The translations under genes were made by a program, and so were the position numbers. DNA of 64,000 nt, from assembly GCF_004010195.1 (NCBI RefSeq), contig NC_057718.1, positions 34,311,239 through 34,375,238 of the forward strand. Direction: 5' to 3'. Below, piece after piece: positions 26,901-40,389 of this stretch (positions are counted from its first letter, which is position 1; each line of letters starts with the position of its first letter). Below the pieces are notes generated by a model, which searched no databases, was not told the origin of the DNA, and was given only the letters and a program-made list of their open reading frames with translations. The stretch is from Chiloscyllium plagiosum (taxonomy: Eukaryota).

Positions 26901-27126
26901 GAAATATTACAAGCAATTCTTGTATCCCTTGTAGGAAAGATGTTGTGAAACTTGAAAGGGTTAGAAAAGATTTACAAGGAGGTTGCCAGGGTTGGAGCAT
27001 TTGAGCTATGGGGAGGGGTGGAATAGGCTGGGTCTGTTTTCCCTAGAGCATCGGAGGCTAAAGGGTGACTACATAGAGGTTTATAAAATCATGAGGGACA
27101 TGAATAAGGTAAATAGACAAGGTCTT

Positions 27127-29145
27127 CTGGATGTAGGTTTGCTCGCTGAGCTGGAAGGTTCATTTCCAGACATTTCGTTACCCTACTAGGTAACATCTTC
27201 GGTGGGCCTCAGGTGAAGCAATGCTGAAAATTCCTGCTTTCTATTTATATGTTTGGGTTTCTTTGGGTTGGTGATGTCATTTCCTGTGGTGATGTTATTT
27301 CTTGTTCCTTTTCTCAGGGGTGGTAGATGTGCTCTAACTCAATGTGTTTGTTGACAGTGTTCCAGTTGGAATGCCATGCTTCTTGGAATTCTCATGTGTG
27401 TCTTTGTTTGGCTTGTCCTAGGATGGAAGTGTTGTCCCAGTCGAAGTGGTGTCATTCCTCATCCGTATGTGAGGATTCTAGTGAGAGAGGGTCATGTCTT
27501 TTTGTGTCTATTTGGTGTTCATGTATCCTGGTGGCTAGTTTTCTGCCTGTTTGTCCAATGTAGTGTTTGTTACAACTTGATGGTCTTCAGGAATTCTTGG
27601 GTGGAGTGGATGGAGTGGCGTGAGTCTTCTACTATGCATTTTAGTCTTTGGTGTAGCTCCTTGGCCAACCTGTAAGTTGGTTTTTCATGTAGTTAGACTA
27701 TGGGTCTGAGGGGGACTCCTGGTTTGTGAATTTTGGGTAATTCATAGAAGCGTGGTGTGTTGGATCCATCTGGTTTCATTTTTTGGAAGTTGGTCTTATT
27801 TATTTCTCCAGATTTCTGAAGTGTTTTGAGTAGGGCTGTGATTCAGTTCTCTACTTGTGGAGTCGGGTCTATCACCAACTGTTGGTAAGTGTTGGTATCT
27901 GTAAGTAGTGTATGCACTTTTTAAATATAGTCTCTTCAATTTAGAATGACTGTCAAGCGTCCTTTGTCTGCAGGTAGGATAACAGTATTTTTAAAATCTT
28001 TTTTAGTCTTTCTAGTGCCTTTCTCTCTTGTGTATTGAGTGTGTTTCCTTCCTTTTTTCTGCTTAGTGTTGGTGCGACTACCTGTTTGATGGTTTGCTGG
28101 GTTTCGTCTGTGAGTTGGTTGTCTTTTAGTGTTGTTTCTAATGCTGCTAAGAAATCTTTCTTGTCCGTATCCTGGCAGTTGTAATTTAATCCTCTTACAA
28201 AGATGGCTTTTTCAGTGTCTGTTAAGGGTCAGATAAGTTTTTAATCCATGCTTCTGTGTTGTCAGTGTTGTTACTTTGTGTAAGTTTGTCTAGTTTTTTC
28301 TGCAGGTCTAGTTTTTTCATTTCCTGTGTTTGTTGCTGTCTAATATCTATGGCTTGTTGTATTTTGTCTATCCATTCATGGTCTGTTGCATGACTGAGTA
28401 AAGATTGAGTACCCAATGAATACCGAACGCCGATTTCTCAACAACAAACCCAAACAAGCAGACAAAACACGTCCAGAAACCCTAGCCACTCTCCCCTACA
28501 TCAAAGACATCTCGGAAATGACTAGCAGGCTACTCAGACCCCTTGGCATCATGGTAGCCCACAAACCCACCAACACACTAAAACAGCAGCTAATGAACTT
28601 GAAAGATCCTATACAGACATCGAGCAAAACTAATGTCATTTACAAAATACCGTACATTGGACAAACAGGCAGAAAACTAGCCACCAGGATACATGAACAC
28701 CAACTAGCCACAAAAAGACATGACCCTCTCTTACTAGTATCCTCACATACGGATGAGGAAGGGCACCACTTCGATGGGGACAACACATCCATCCTAGGAT
28801 AAGCCCAACAAAGACACGCACGAGAATTCCTAGAACCATGGCATTCTAACTGGAACTCTATCAACAAGCACATTGAGTTAGACCCCATCTACCACCCCCT
28901 GAGAAAAGGAACAAGAAGTGACTTCACCAAGGAAATGACACCACCACAGGAAATGACGTCACCAACCCAAAGAAACCCAAACATATAAATAGAAAGCAAG
29001 AATTTTCAGCATTGCTTCGCCTGAGGCCCACTGAAGATGTTACCTAGTAGGGTAATGAAACGTTTGGAAATGAACCTTCCAGCTCAGTGAGCAAACCTAC
29101 ATCCAAAACCTCAACCTGAGTTACAAATCTTCTCAAAACCGGCTA
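27127..29145. mobile_element. Penelope-like element with inverted arms (RT and GIY-YIG remnants)
   Basis: Minus arm ~27127-28413 with ILPADKG and LPKIHKPGVPLRPIV RT motifs; plus arm 28414-29145 with NVIYKIP..YIGQTGRKLATRIHEH GIY-YIG; 12-bp TSD agacaaggtctt at 27115-27126 and 29146-29157. Confidence 0.9.
29028..29067 (+). ncRNA. Minimal type I hammerhead motif in PLE pseudo-LTR
   Basis: CCA CUGAAGA U GUUACC-UAGUAG-GGUAAU GAAAC GUU UGG; the inverted copy near 27166-27205 has a perfect GUUACC/GGUAAC stem and GUC. Confidence 0.7.
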
Positions 29146-30729
29146 AGACAAGGTCTTTTCCCCAGGGTGGGGGAGTCATAAACTAGAGGGCATAGGTTTA
29201 AGGTGAGAGGGGAAAGATTTAAAAGGGATGCCAGGGTAATGTTTTCACGTAGAAGGTGGTGGGTGTATGGAATGAGATGCCAGGAAGTGGTGGAGCTTGA
29301 TACACTCGTAACATTTTAAAGGTCTATGGATGGGTATGTGAAAAGGAAGGATTTAGACGGATATGGCCAAATGTTGGCAAATGGGACTTGATGAATTTAG
29401 GGTATCTGGTTAGCATGGACAAGTTGGACCGAAGGAGCTATTTCCTTGCTTTATGTCTCTATCGTTCTGGTGCAACGATTTTGAGAATATTCAGCTGTTA
29501 GCTTCAAATCACGTGAAGAGAATCCTTTTGGGATCTTCCTGTATGTAGATTAATTGCTGTGTTTCATGCGTTACAACAATACATGCACTTCAAAAGTATT
29601 AAACTTTCTGCAAAGTGCCTTGTGATATCCTGACCTCAAGAAAAGTTCTCTGTGAAACATGTTATTTATTTGCTGCAATATCAATACCATTGACAAATGG
29701 TCATGCTTGTGGTTAGGAGCTTTGATCATGTGTGACCACCACTCTCATTCTAGACTTTATTAGAAAAATGATTACTTTTTTTTATGATGACACAAAACCG
29801 TTTCGTGGAATTTGAATGGCTTGTGCTAAGTACTCGTGTGTTTCTACATTGAACAGGAAGTGTCATAAAAGTGAGATGATGAGCACGTTGCAGTTTTCTT
29901 GGTGGTTTCACAGCTTCATTGCTCTGGGTTTTCACTGTGTTAAACTGCATTTGTAAATTTTTTGCACATAGCAGCACCAAAAAACATGAATATACAAAAG
30001 TTTTTAAACAGCTTTCTTTTTCTCTAGTGATTCAGATGCTTGCTATATTGTTTGCTTAAAGTTCAATCATAGCTAAAGCTTAAAAGAATTGATTTGTCAT
30101 TTAATAATGTAGTAAGAATTGAATGGCTGAGATGAGCACATTTTGCTTATTGAATGCTATCTGGAACTGTAAATCTTCATTGCTCCCAGTACATTGAGCT
30201 GTCAGCTTCATTTGTCTTCTTGGAATGAGTATTGTTCCATTGCGCTACTTCACCCTTACCTTTGAGGGCTTTACTTTTGAGTTAACATCTCGAGCAGATC
30301 TGTGATACTCATGATGTTGTATGAAGCACTGTTTTCTGATACTTCGCATTCTGTTCTTCCTCTGCAGTCATCATTCTAAAGGTCACAAACCATTTAGCAT
30401 CTTTCGACCTGACGAGACCAATCTGTTATGAGGTTTAAAATGATTAATCAGAATCATTTGCTGATAGTTCTCCAGCAGCCATCTTTATTGGTTTGTTTTG
30501 CTCCTCTCTTGCTAAACGAATGTGTGCAAAGTGATTTAGCTTCTTGCAGTTAGATCACAGCTTTTCTTCTCTTTTATGGTACTTGCTTCCTCTCCTCTGG
30601 CCTTGATTTTTCTGCTGTTTCATTTGGCAAATATTTCTTTATTTTCCAACAGTGGATCTCAGTCCACCTGGAAAGTCACTTAGCCTTAGTGCAAATCCTG
30701 TTTTGTTCTGACATTAACATACTGCAGCT

Positions 30730-31345
30730 GAAATCCAAGATGGCGACAGCAGGGTCAGCAGCGTTTGGCTCCTGACTGCGGGGCTTGGCTGCTCATGGTT
30801 CATGTGTTGGGTTCTGCTGCATCCACACGGTTTCATCATTTCCTTTCTAGCTCGGTCACATTTTTTTTTGTTTTGGTTGCCCTGGGGCCTCTATTCCTGC
30901 TCCACCTCAGGTAGCAGCATCGGAAGATGAATTAAGGACAATTTGGAACCAGGGCCCCCTCAGTCGATGTCCAGTGTCGGAGGTGGTACAGGACTGAGGC
31001 AAGGTGACTGTCTCCGCTCAGAGATGGCTGACATGGAAGCAATAGCACTGGTAGCGGCAGAAAAAGAGCACATTTCCAGGATCCCAGGGACGATGTTGGA
31101 TGGCATCGATTGAAGGAGCAGAGAGGGTTAAGTCTATGGAGAGAGAAGGATGAACTTTTGAAGTTGTTTCGGTTTTATTGATATAAATTTAACATTAGTT
31201 TATTCACCGTTTTATCATTTGTACAATTTATACATTAATTTATTCTGTAATCTAAGATGGCGCTGAATGTGGCAACATTACCCACTTCTCACTGTGCCTA
31301 GATATGAGCAAAAATACTACAAAAGTTTTAATCTAAATCTTAAAT
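30730..31345 (+). mobile_element. Unclassified non-autonomous interspersed repeat
   Basis: Shares the aagatggcg...cactt.tcactgt 3' block with 32960-33160 (+) and 60020-60640 (-). Confidence 0.4.
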
Positions 31346-31424
31346 AATTTACAATCTCAGAGCTTCCTCGCATGTCAACAGCTATCAACAAACAGTAAGA
31401 CTCCCCCCCATCAGCAGACATAAA

Positions 31425-32330
31425 AGCATGAGAAATAGGAACAGGAGTGTAGGCCATTCAGCCCCTCAAGCTCACCCTACCTTTCAACGAGATCATGGTT
31501 GATCTACCCCAGGCCTCCACTCCTGTTTTCTAACAGCTCATCACAGCGCTCAATGCCCTGATATTTTAAAAAAAATCACGCACACTTTTTTAAATATGTC
31601 CAGTGACCTAGCCTCCACAGCTGACTGGGGTACAGAATTGTAGACATTCCCTATCCTCTGTAAGAAGACATTTCTTTGCATCTCAGTTTTAAATGGCTAC
31701 GTCCCCTAGTTTGAGATTCAGCCACTAATGGAAACTTTCTTCAATATTTACCCCTTTCAAGCCCCTCAGAATCCTATATGTTTCAATAGCCTGCTTTGCC
31801 AAAACTACACACAATGTTCCATTTGCCTTCTTAATTACTCACTGCCTATGCATGCTAACTTTTTGGAGTCTCTCTCCATTTGAGTAATTGGCTGCCTTTT
31901 AGCTCTTCTTACCAAAGTGCATGGCCTCACACTTTCCTACATCCTCTATCTGTGACCTTCTTGCCCACTCACTCAACACATCCTTTTGCAGGTTCCTTAT
32001 GTCCTCATTACAACATGCACTCACACCTGTTTTTGTATCATCAGCAAATGTTGATCCATTAAATTCTGTCCTCTCCTCCAAGTCAGTAACATAGATAGTA
32101 GATAATTAATGGCTTAGGACAGATACTTGCGGCATTCCACAAGTTATGTCTTTCAAACCTGAAAAGATGAATTAATCCCAAAGATGAATTAATCCCAATT
32201 CTAGATGTCTGTGTATTAACCAATTCTTGACCCATGCTAATACATAATCCCAATACAGAGAGCTCCAGTCTTGTGCAATGACACTTTATGTGGCACCTTA
32301 TTGAATCCCTACTGGAAATCCAAAGTCTGC
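31425..32330 (-). mobile_element. CR1 LINE fragment, older subfamily
   Basis: ORF 31899-32081 gives TFADDTKTG..KCEAMHFGKK; CR1 tail near 31425. Confidence 0.75.
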
Positions 32331-32589
32331 TGTCACAATAGGATTTCTCATATCTAGAACATTCCTATTTCTGATAAATTCATCTCTCAGTGGTCCAAAG
32401 TCACAGAGTCCAGCTACAGCACAGGATCCAGTAGCGAAGCCTCGTGTGTCCGAGGGGCGACTGGCGAGGACAGGCGGGTCTTAGTTCAGCACAGGGGAGA
32501 GCGAGCATGCGTGGGGAAAGCCCAGCTTGGAGCATCTGCAGGCTTATGATTTAAGAAAGGACTATAATGTTTGACTTGTTAAATTTGGA

Positions 32590-32955
32590 ACATTGAACAT
32601 AGAACAGTACAGCACAGTACAGGCTCTTCTGCCCTCGATGTTGTGCCGACCTTTTATTCTACTCTAAGATCAAACTAACCTCCATACCCGGCATTTTACT
32701 ATCATGTATATGACTATCCAAGAGTCACTTAAATGCCCCTAATGTGCCTGATTCAAGTACAACCACTGGCAGTGCATTCCACACACCCACCACTCTCTGT
32801 ATAAAGAACCTACCCCTGACATCTCCTCTGAACCTTCTTCCAATCACCTTAAAGTTATGTCTCTGCCCTGGGAAAAGTCTCAGGCTATCCATCTATGCCC
32901 TTCATCATCTTGTACACTTCTATCAAGTCATCTCTTCATTCTTCATTCCAATGAG
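32590..32955 (-). mobile_element. CR1 LINE 3' end
   Basis: gaacatagaacagtacagc tail similar to the 3' end at 3960-4022. Confidence 0.75.
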
Positions 32956-34249
32956 AAAAATTAATTTTATTTCTTTACTTTTCTACTAAGAAAACTGTAG
33001 TGCTGAACCTTTTAACTTATTTCTTTGCTTTTCTATTTCTATAACTAAGATTTTGTACCTAGATACTTTGTACGTGAGATGGTGTATAGTGACATCGTAC
33101 ACTTTTCACTGTATTCTTCGAACTTGTACTTGACAATAAAACTGAAACCAAAATGTAAATCTACATGTGTTAGTGTAGTCCAGTGCTGCTCAGTAGTCTC
33201 CTTACCCCTTTCAGCTCCGTTGTTCAACACATATCATTCATAAGTGACATTAATATTGGATTTTAAAATGTGCCTTCAAAGCCTGTAATTTATCTCCTCT
33301 CTGCCATTTCTGCTCCTCAGTGAGCTCTAGGCTTCAATGCAGCTCGTCACCCACTTTTCACAGCAGTGACAGCAAGATTGCAATTCTTACATTGTCAGTT
33401 TATAAATAAAAATAATTCTGCTGTGGACTAATTGTTTTACCACTAAAGAGAAAAAAATTCCAGTCCAGTCTGATATCTCCTTTCATCAACAGCAGAGAAT
33501 GGAAAATGTGCAGCCATTTTGACTCAGCAAGGAATTCAAAGTTGCAGATTTTTTTAAAAAACATTCTTCCTTGCTGTACTTTCAATCACAGATACCTTAC
33601 AGCTCTGAAAATCCACACATTTTTAGCAGCAGTGTGCTGACACCAAGTTAAAAGTGGTGTGTTTAATAGCTCCCATAGACTACCTACAAAGCTACACACA
33701 GCAGAAGAGGGAGGTCACATGACTATGTAAGCCAGTTACTGTATTGAAAGTACTGTACATTGCATTTCTCCATACAATTAGATTACCGAACGTCAGATGG
33801 GACTGATGAGCAGCAATTAGAAAGCAGTGAAAATTATGTTTTTTTATCTGAACACATTGTGCCTATCTTTAAAGAAGGAAAATGGTGTTTTCTTACTTTT
33901 AGTTCCACCATTACTACCTTCAAAAATCAGTAGAAGTCTAATATTCTGGTGTATACCTGCAAGTAACACAAACAACTTGTTACGCCTGTAAATTAGTTTA
34001 AAAAGACAGTAAATGATTATTTGCCCAAGGATACCATTAACAGAAAGCATGAAGCAATTTATTTCAGCTCCAGCCACCTACTATTAAATCAGAAAAAAAA
34101 ATTGGGATACCAATTGCAGCATTGGAAAAAGAAATAAGCTAGATTGAGAAATAAAACAAGGAATTCCCTAATGTAATGTAACTGCAGTGAAGAAACAAAC
34201 AATGGCTGTTGATATTGACCACGCAACGCCTATTTCTAATGTACTATGC

Positions 34250-36200
34250 CCAGTCTGGTGGACAGGAAGCATGCACCCATTTTCTGTGCAGTGCATTGTT
34301 TAGGGACATCAACAAAAACATACGGTTGTCTCCAGAAACATAACACTCTTAAAGAGACTGCTTTCATATCCATCAGCAGCACTGAGGATACCCCTACAAG
34401 ACATGTCGAGTTGTCTTAGGTGAAATCCACTTGAAGCTGAAGAAGATCACAAATAGAAATTCACAATAGCCATTTACAAGGGAGAAACTGAAACATTGGA
34501 ATATGCTGGACAATCTCCAGCTGGCCCTTTCCATCAGAAGTGAAGTACTAATCAGGTTGGGAAACATTGAGGAGCAGTGGAAAATCTTCCAAAGAGGAAT
34601 AGAGAGATTGCAGAAGTTACCATCAGAAGGAGGAGAGGAGCCAGGAGAGAACATTGGATCACTGACACAATTGATAGGTAAAAGAAAGCTGGCAAAGAGC
34701 AAGAGGAACCAGGAACAGAACATTGAGCAAATGTGAGAAGATAATGAGAAGGAAGGCACACTAGATAAAACCATGGAGAGGAACAGGAGAGATAGACAAG
34801 GAAAGTTAGAGTTAAAAGGCAGTAAGACACATAGAGCAGCAAATCCGAATAACTCTTGGACTCTGTGCAGCACCTGTTGAGAGCTAATTCGTACAAAAAG
34901 CAACACCAATCGAAGACAGTGGGATGTAGGGACAAGGAATATTGTTATGATCTGTCCCTGGGGTGAGATTCTATAATTTGTTATGATTCCAGTGGTAATA
35001 TCTCACACTATTAAGCTGCTGGATAATGGAGGGGGTGAAGTGGATTCTTCGGTTTGTTGCATGGCGAATAATCTACAAACAGATCCCCTCTCTTGAGAAT
35101 ACCATTCTTCCAGATCCAAATTAATTTATACTTTAAAAGGAATCAATCAAACATGGTTTTCTTGAATGATCAAGAACCATCAATTTGTGGCTTAATTGAT
35201 ACTCTATCGATCTGTTGCTTTCAATAGTGTCTGCTGGCTAGCTGGCTTTAAGCATTCAAAGTGAGAGATTGCCTTCTCCCTTTTCTTTACTTGTGTTGCA
35301 AGGGTATTTAATGGCTATTCTCAAAGCTATGACCTTCACAGCACACTAGTTACACACATTAGGATGTCAGGTCACTAACGTAAACAGATTAAGTTTGAAA
35401 TTCACTTTAACCTCAATTTTTTGTACATCTCTGGAAGAGTAAAACATAAATATATCAAGAAAGCGTTCCCTTGAGAAAAGGTTGGGTAATAAGTCTCTCA
35501 TTATCTCTTCCTTTTTAGACCTTGCTTTTGAAGTTCCCCTGATTCAGCACGGGTGTGACATTCCAGGATTTCTCTTCAGCTAGACACCCTGAATTTACAT
35601 ATGTGGCCATCTTGGTTATATCAGTTCTGTTCTAAAAACATTTGTTGGGCTTTACAAAGTTTGATATGCCTTGAGGTGATCCGATATTATGATTTCTGGT
35701 CAGTAGAATGTAAGGTGCTTCACGTGATCCCCATCCAGTTTCACCCTAGTTCCATAGTGAGGTTCAATGAGCACACTGCACCATGACAGCTGAATGTCAA
35801 CTTCTGAGAAATGGCCAGGACAGAGGATCAAGGAACTATCAAGAGCTTGAAGAACAACAAGGGCAGGTGGCACTGATGAGATACCAGAAGAATTGTTGAA
35901 ACATGGAAAGAACAGTACCACAAGAGAAGGGGATCCAAACTGCAGAGAGCATCTCAGATAACTGGATGGAGGCATGGGATAATCATCAAGATGCCAGAGA
36001 AAGGGATCTTCAGTGACCAGAACAGCTAGAGGGACAGTACTGGTATCAACAGCCAGCAAGGTCTACAGCATGGTCCTTCCCAACAGATTGAAAACAGAAG
36101 TAAACAGTGTTGTTTGTAAAGCACAGGCAGGTTTCACAGCTGGCAGATTTTCATACAAGCAGATCTTGACACTTAAGAATATAGAGCTAAGGCTTATGTT
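34250..36200 (+). mobile_element. Decayed RTE-clade LINE interrupted by unrelated sequence
   Basis: GTDEIPEELLKHG, RGTVLVSTASKVYS and QAGFTAGR RT remnants at 35860-36150; linker-like frame at 34500-34870. Confidence 0.6.
34943..35560. mobile_element. Possible solo LTR
   Basis: tgttatga...gtgtgaca termini interrupting the RTE; no TSD found. Confidence 0.3.
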
Positions 36201-36397
36201 TCTTTGGCTAAGTCTGAGTTTTGAAGATTATGCAACTTGTGGCCTAGTGAATTTTCTCACTGTATCTTGATAAATTTGCCTCACTTACAAGCTACCACAC
36301 CCCAATGGCATCCTTCTATGACATCTTTAAAAGGCTGCCACACACACACCTAGGTGATCCCTGGCATTCTGAAGCTGCCCTGCTTGGTCGCAGACAT

Positions 36398-36563
36398 AGG
36401 AGAAAATGAGGACTGCAGATGCTGGAGATCAGAGTTGAGAGTGCGGTGCTGAAAAAGCACAGCAGGTCAGGCAGTATCTGAGGTGAGGGAAAATCGACAT
36501 TTCGGGCTTCTGCTCCTCAGATGCTGTCTGACCTGCTGTGCTTTTCCAACACCATACTCTCAA
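36398..36563. mobile_element. Fold-back PLE-derived element
   Basis: Arms ttgagagtgcggtgctgaaaaagcacagcaggtcaggcagtatctgagg and cctcagatgctgtctgacctgctgtgcttttccaacaccatactctcaa are reverse complements. Confidence 0.8.
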
Positions 36564-36589
36564 TCGTGGTCATAATTATAGCTGGAACA

Positions 36590-36930
36590 TGGCGGAGAAG
36601 AAGAAAATGGCACCATGATTCTCCAACAGGGACCCAAGGAGTGGTCCAGTGGAGTGTTGGGCAAAAGTGAGGACTGCAGATCCTGGAAACCAGTCTTTAG
36701 ATCAGAGTGATGCTGGAAAAGCACAGCAGGTCAGGCAGCATCCGAGGAGCAGGAAAATTGACGTTTCGGGCAAAAGCCCTTCATCAGGAAATTGCTATCC
36801 TATTCCCAGAGAAGGTTCAGCCACCAGACCCTGGCAGCCCAGTCCCAGGTCACTGCCAATTCTACAGGGCGGAGGAACAGCCAACAGGGTCATAAGAAAC
36901 TCAATGACCGTCTCCATTCCACCAAGGGTA
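36590..36930 (+). mobile_element. PIF/Harbinger Myb/SANT-like ORF relic
   Basis: MAEKKKMAP*FSNRD ... HQTLAA..RRNSQQGHKKLNDRLHS, homologous to 63098-63315; interrupted by a PLE pseudo-LTR. Confidence 0.6.
36659..36790 (-). mobile_element. PLE-derived short element with intact hammerhead core
   Basis: Minus strand 36760-36787: CUGAUGA A GGGC-UUUU-GCCC GAAAC GUC. Confidence 0.8.
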
Positions 36931-39461
36931 TGTGCCACACTCTTTTTCTTTACGACCTCACACTCAACCTACCCCTGCCATTGTATCCCTCTCCACCAAG
37001 GCTCATGCTCACTCACTCTCACGACTGCATACAACAGCTTGCCTCCTTCATTTTCGATCCCCCAAACTACCCCATTACTAATCCTGCAGGCCCTCTGTGC
37101 TGCCTCCTCAGTCCTTCAGACCACCTCAGCGCCTATCCCTCACATTCACCAACATTAACATTGTAATCTCACCTATTCTCTCAGTCCATAACAGGGAGTA
37201 GTGAGCCTGAATAGGGTGAGGGACACCGAACATCTCCTGTGGGATTGCCCTGCTAAATGAGTAAGTGCCACTCTTAACTCCACAGCAACTCTAACATTCA
37301 GCTGTTGTCACTCTTGTTCATTGCACAGGTTGGCATTGCCATGGAGGGTCAGGACTGGCATCCTCAGGGGCTGCTGGAGTACTGCACATATCTGCAGACC
37401 ATTAGTCTAGTCATTGGTCTTTAGGACTGAAGGCGCAGAGACAGCGAGATAGGGAACCTTGACCCCATGCCAGGTACCCTTTCCTCACAAGGTGACAGGG
37501 CAGTGTCAGGAGGTACCCAGCTGGAGGAGAAACCACATACAGTCCTTTTGGCATTTCCACTCAGGATCCTGTGGTGTGGCTGGGCTTTCCTTGTCCACCC
37601 TGCCTGATTCCCCGCCCCGACCCTCAGAGGTTTAAGCTGAGGAATGTCAATTTCCTCTTGTTGTGCATGTGATTCCTGGCCAATTCTCCAGGGCCAATAG
37701 GCTTCCAAGCTGAGCATGCTCCCTCCACCCCAGCTGCAGAACCTGGGGATAGCCTACAACATAGTGGGAGGGAGAGGAAGAAGAAAACTTATTGAGGGCA
37801 CTTTGATGGCCTGGATGATGATGGCTTGTATGTGATTCTCGGTTTCTGTGTATGTCACTGATTGTACCTTTTATGTGGTTGTTGTTAGTCTCTCTGTGTA
37901 GGAACTAAATGCATTGTCACATCTTCCAGCATCACTTTATAGCCACAGATGAGATTCATGGGATGGGGATCTATGCTGAGAGCCTTAGGCAACATCTGCA
38001 ACAATACATACAAAAGGCACTGTGTCATGGGGACATCTTTGATACTCCTTGTCCATCATCACTAATGTTTTGCTTCCTCTGAACACAAATGTGCTGTTGT
38101 CAATGAGTTGACCAGCAGTGGCTGTGCCAGGGAGGTGCAATATACAGAATGGGTCAATGCTGGAGGATCAGCAGGGAATAGGCAGCATACAGGCCTGACC
38201 TGCTGGACATTATGTGGGTCTATGACCAATGTTCTTTCCCTTTAAAAGATCACCGACTGCTGCAGTCCCCTTCCTCACAGGTCACGTCACTTCTACGCCC
38301 ACTCTGAATGTGCTCATAACCAATTTTCTTTATGTATTTTCGATTTGCATTATGATGAAAGGTGATAGTGCATTCTCTTGCAGCAGCTTCCAGTCACAGC
38401 CTGAATATAGTGGTGAGCCCCTAGATATCCATTTCCCTTACCTCGTGGCCCACGCTGTAAATCACACAGGGTTCACACTTCCCCAAGTCCCGACCCACCT
38501 CTCCCACCCAGTTCCTGGCATGTGAGGTGACCATGCTTGGTGTGGTCGTACACTGCAGCCCATTTGAAGGCAGGGTGCCCATTGTTGTGGCCAACATCCT
38601 CCCCTCCTCCTCCCTACCCCCTCCACCATTGACGCCTTCCCAGCTCTGCTTTACCATGCCCCTTTCCTTGTAAATCCTACTGTTTGATTTCACAATTATA
38701 CTGCATCATGCCTCAGATCCTGAAGGTCTCATTCTGGGGAGTGACCTGCTAAGGCTTGGTCTCATGGTAATGGCCACCCTTTACCCCACAACCCCCAAGT
38801 TGCCCCCTTCCCGCTTCATTTCTGTGGCTGGATAGGACAGACTAACTCTGCCCCCTCCCTTAACTGGCCTGACCGGTCATCTCCAGAAAAGATGTGCCCA
38901 GCCCCCAGACTGGAGCCTCAGGACTCACTGGGACCCACCTCCAGGTATGGACACCCAACTGATCACACCATGACTGGATGCCTGACTGCGGCCGATTCCC
39001 TATACTGATATTCGAGTTTGCCCCTGACTCACAGTTATGGGCATCTCCGTGAGCTTCAATGGGGATTACTCCCCGAACACTTTGAGACATGGCTACTTGC
39101 TTGCTGCAAATGCAGTGTGTTGGCTACATAAGGTGCTGACACATGGTGCAGATGTGCGATTGACTTAACACACTGTTGTAAAACAAGTGCATCCCCCAGA
39201 CTGAGGACTGCTGAGCAGCAAGGCTAGCTGCCTGATTGTGTGACTGTACTCATTGGCACAGTGTGACAAGGCAAGGCACTGATGCCAAGAGGTAGGTGCT
39301 AGGTTAGTTGAGCCACTGGTGCCTGGAGATCACGCCCAGGCTGCAGTTTGTCATCAGCAACAAGCTGGTGGTTTGGAACAAGTGGCGTGCTGAATCTACC
39401 TGTTACCTGCTCTGTTCTCATTTACCTCATATTGATCTTGTTTGACAAGTTTGGTTAGAAT

Positions 39462-39870
39462 CAACTGGTTACAGGCCTCCAATCTGAAAACCAACCCTCC
39501 ACCACCACCCTCTGTCTTCTGCCTTTGAGCCAGTTCTGTATCCAAATGGCTAGTTCTCCCTGTATTCCGTGAGATCTAACCTTGTGAACCAGTCTCCTAT
39601 GGGGAACCTTGTCGAACGCCTTACTGAAGTCCATATAGATCACATCAACTGCTCTGTCCTCATCAATCCTCTTTGTTACTTCTTCAAAAAACTCAATCAA
39701 ATTAGTGAGACATGATTTCCCATGCACAAAGCCATGTTGACTATCGCTAATCAGTCCTTGCCTTTCCAAATACATGTACATCCTGTCCATCAGGATTCCC
39801 TCCAACAACTTGCCCACCACCGAGGTCAGGCTCACTGGTCCCTCGATTGTCCTTACCACCTTTCTTAAAT
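39462..39870 (-). mobile_element. CR1 RT fragment
   Basis: ORF 39461-39907: QHGFVHGKSCLTNLIEFFEEVTK, MDFSKAFDKVPH. Confidence 0.9.
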
Positions 39871-39877
39871 AGAGATT

Positions 39878-40305
39878 AGAGTTGAGAGTGTGTTGCTGGA
39901 AAAGCACAGCTGGTCAGGCAGCATCCGAGGAGCAGTTTCAGGTAAAGCCCTTCATCAGGAATGAGGCTGTCAGCTGAGAGGGTGGTGCGATAAATGGAAG
40001 GAGGGTTGGGCTGGGGGAAGATAGCTGAGAGTGCAGTAGGTGGACTGAGGTGGGGTAATAGTGATAGGTCAGAGAGGAGGATGGAGTAGATAGGTAGGAA
40101 GGAAGATGACAGGTAGGACAGGTCATGAGGGCAGGGCTGAGTTGGAAGTCTGGATCTGGGATAAGGTGGGGGAGGGGACATGAGGAAACTGGTGAAATCC
40201 ACATTGATGCCATGGAGTTGGAGGGTCCCGAGGCAGAAGATGAGGTGTTCATCATCCAGGCGTTGGGTGGTTAGGGAGTGGCGATGGAGGAGGCATGACA
40301 CCAGG
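39878..40305 (-). mobile_element. PLE 3' fragment (GIY-YIG C-terminus plus pseudo-LTR)
   Basis: LLHRHSLTTQRLDDEHLIFCLGTLQLHGINVDF followed by the same terminus as the short elements, linking them to PLEs. Confidence 0.8.
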
Positions 40306-40389
40306 CTGGGTATTAATAAGGTAAGTGATGCAATCGACAAGGTGTTTAACAAGCAATAACCACGATCAATAGGCAACTGTTAAGAAAGA

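Larger units (their letters stand above)
25765..29460 (+). mobile_element. CR1 LINE split by a Penelope insertion
   Basis: ORFs 26012-27189 ([20 protein letters not shown]); CR1 sequence resumes at 29146 after the TSD. Confidence 0.9.

Noticed and set aside
30260..30380. Minus-strand exon ending at AAG/gtaag
   Set aside because: All frames from the best acceptor hit stops; the only open frame needs an acceptor without a pyrimidine tract.
33803..33832. ctgatgag...gaaa as an additional hammerhead
   Set aside because: No stem II closing onto GAAA and no stem I or III pairing.
34394..34909. Hydrophobic 171-aa minus ORF as a membrane protein
   Set aside because: Antisense to a purine-rich RTE remnant; hydrophobicity is a composition artefact.
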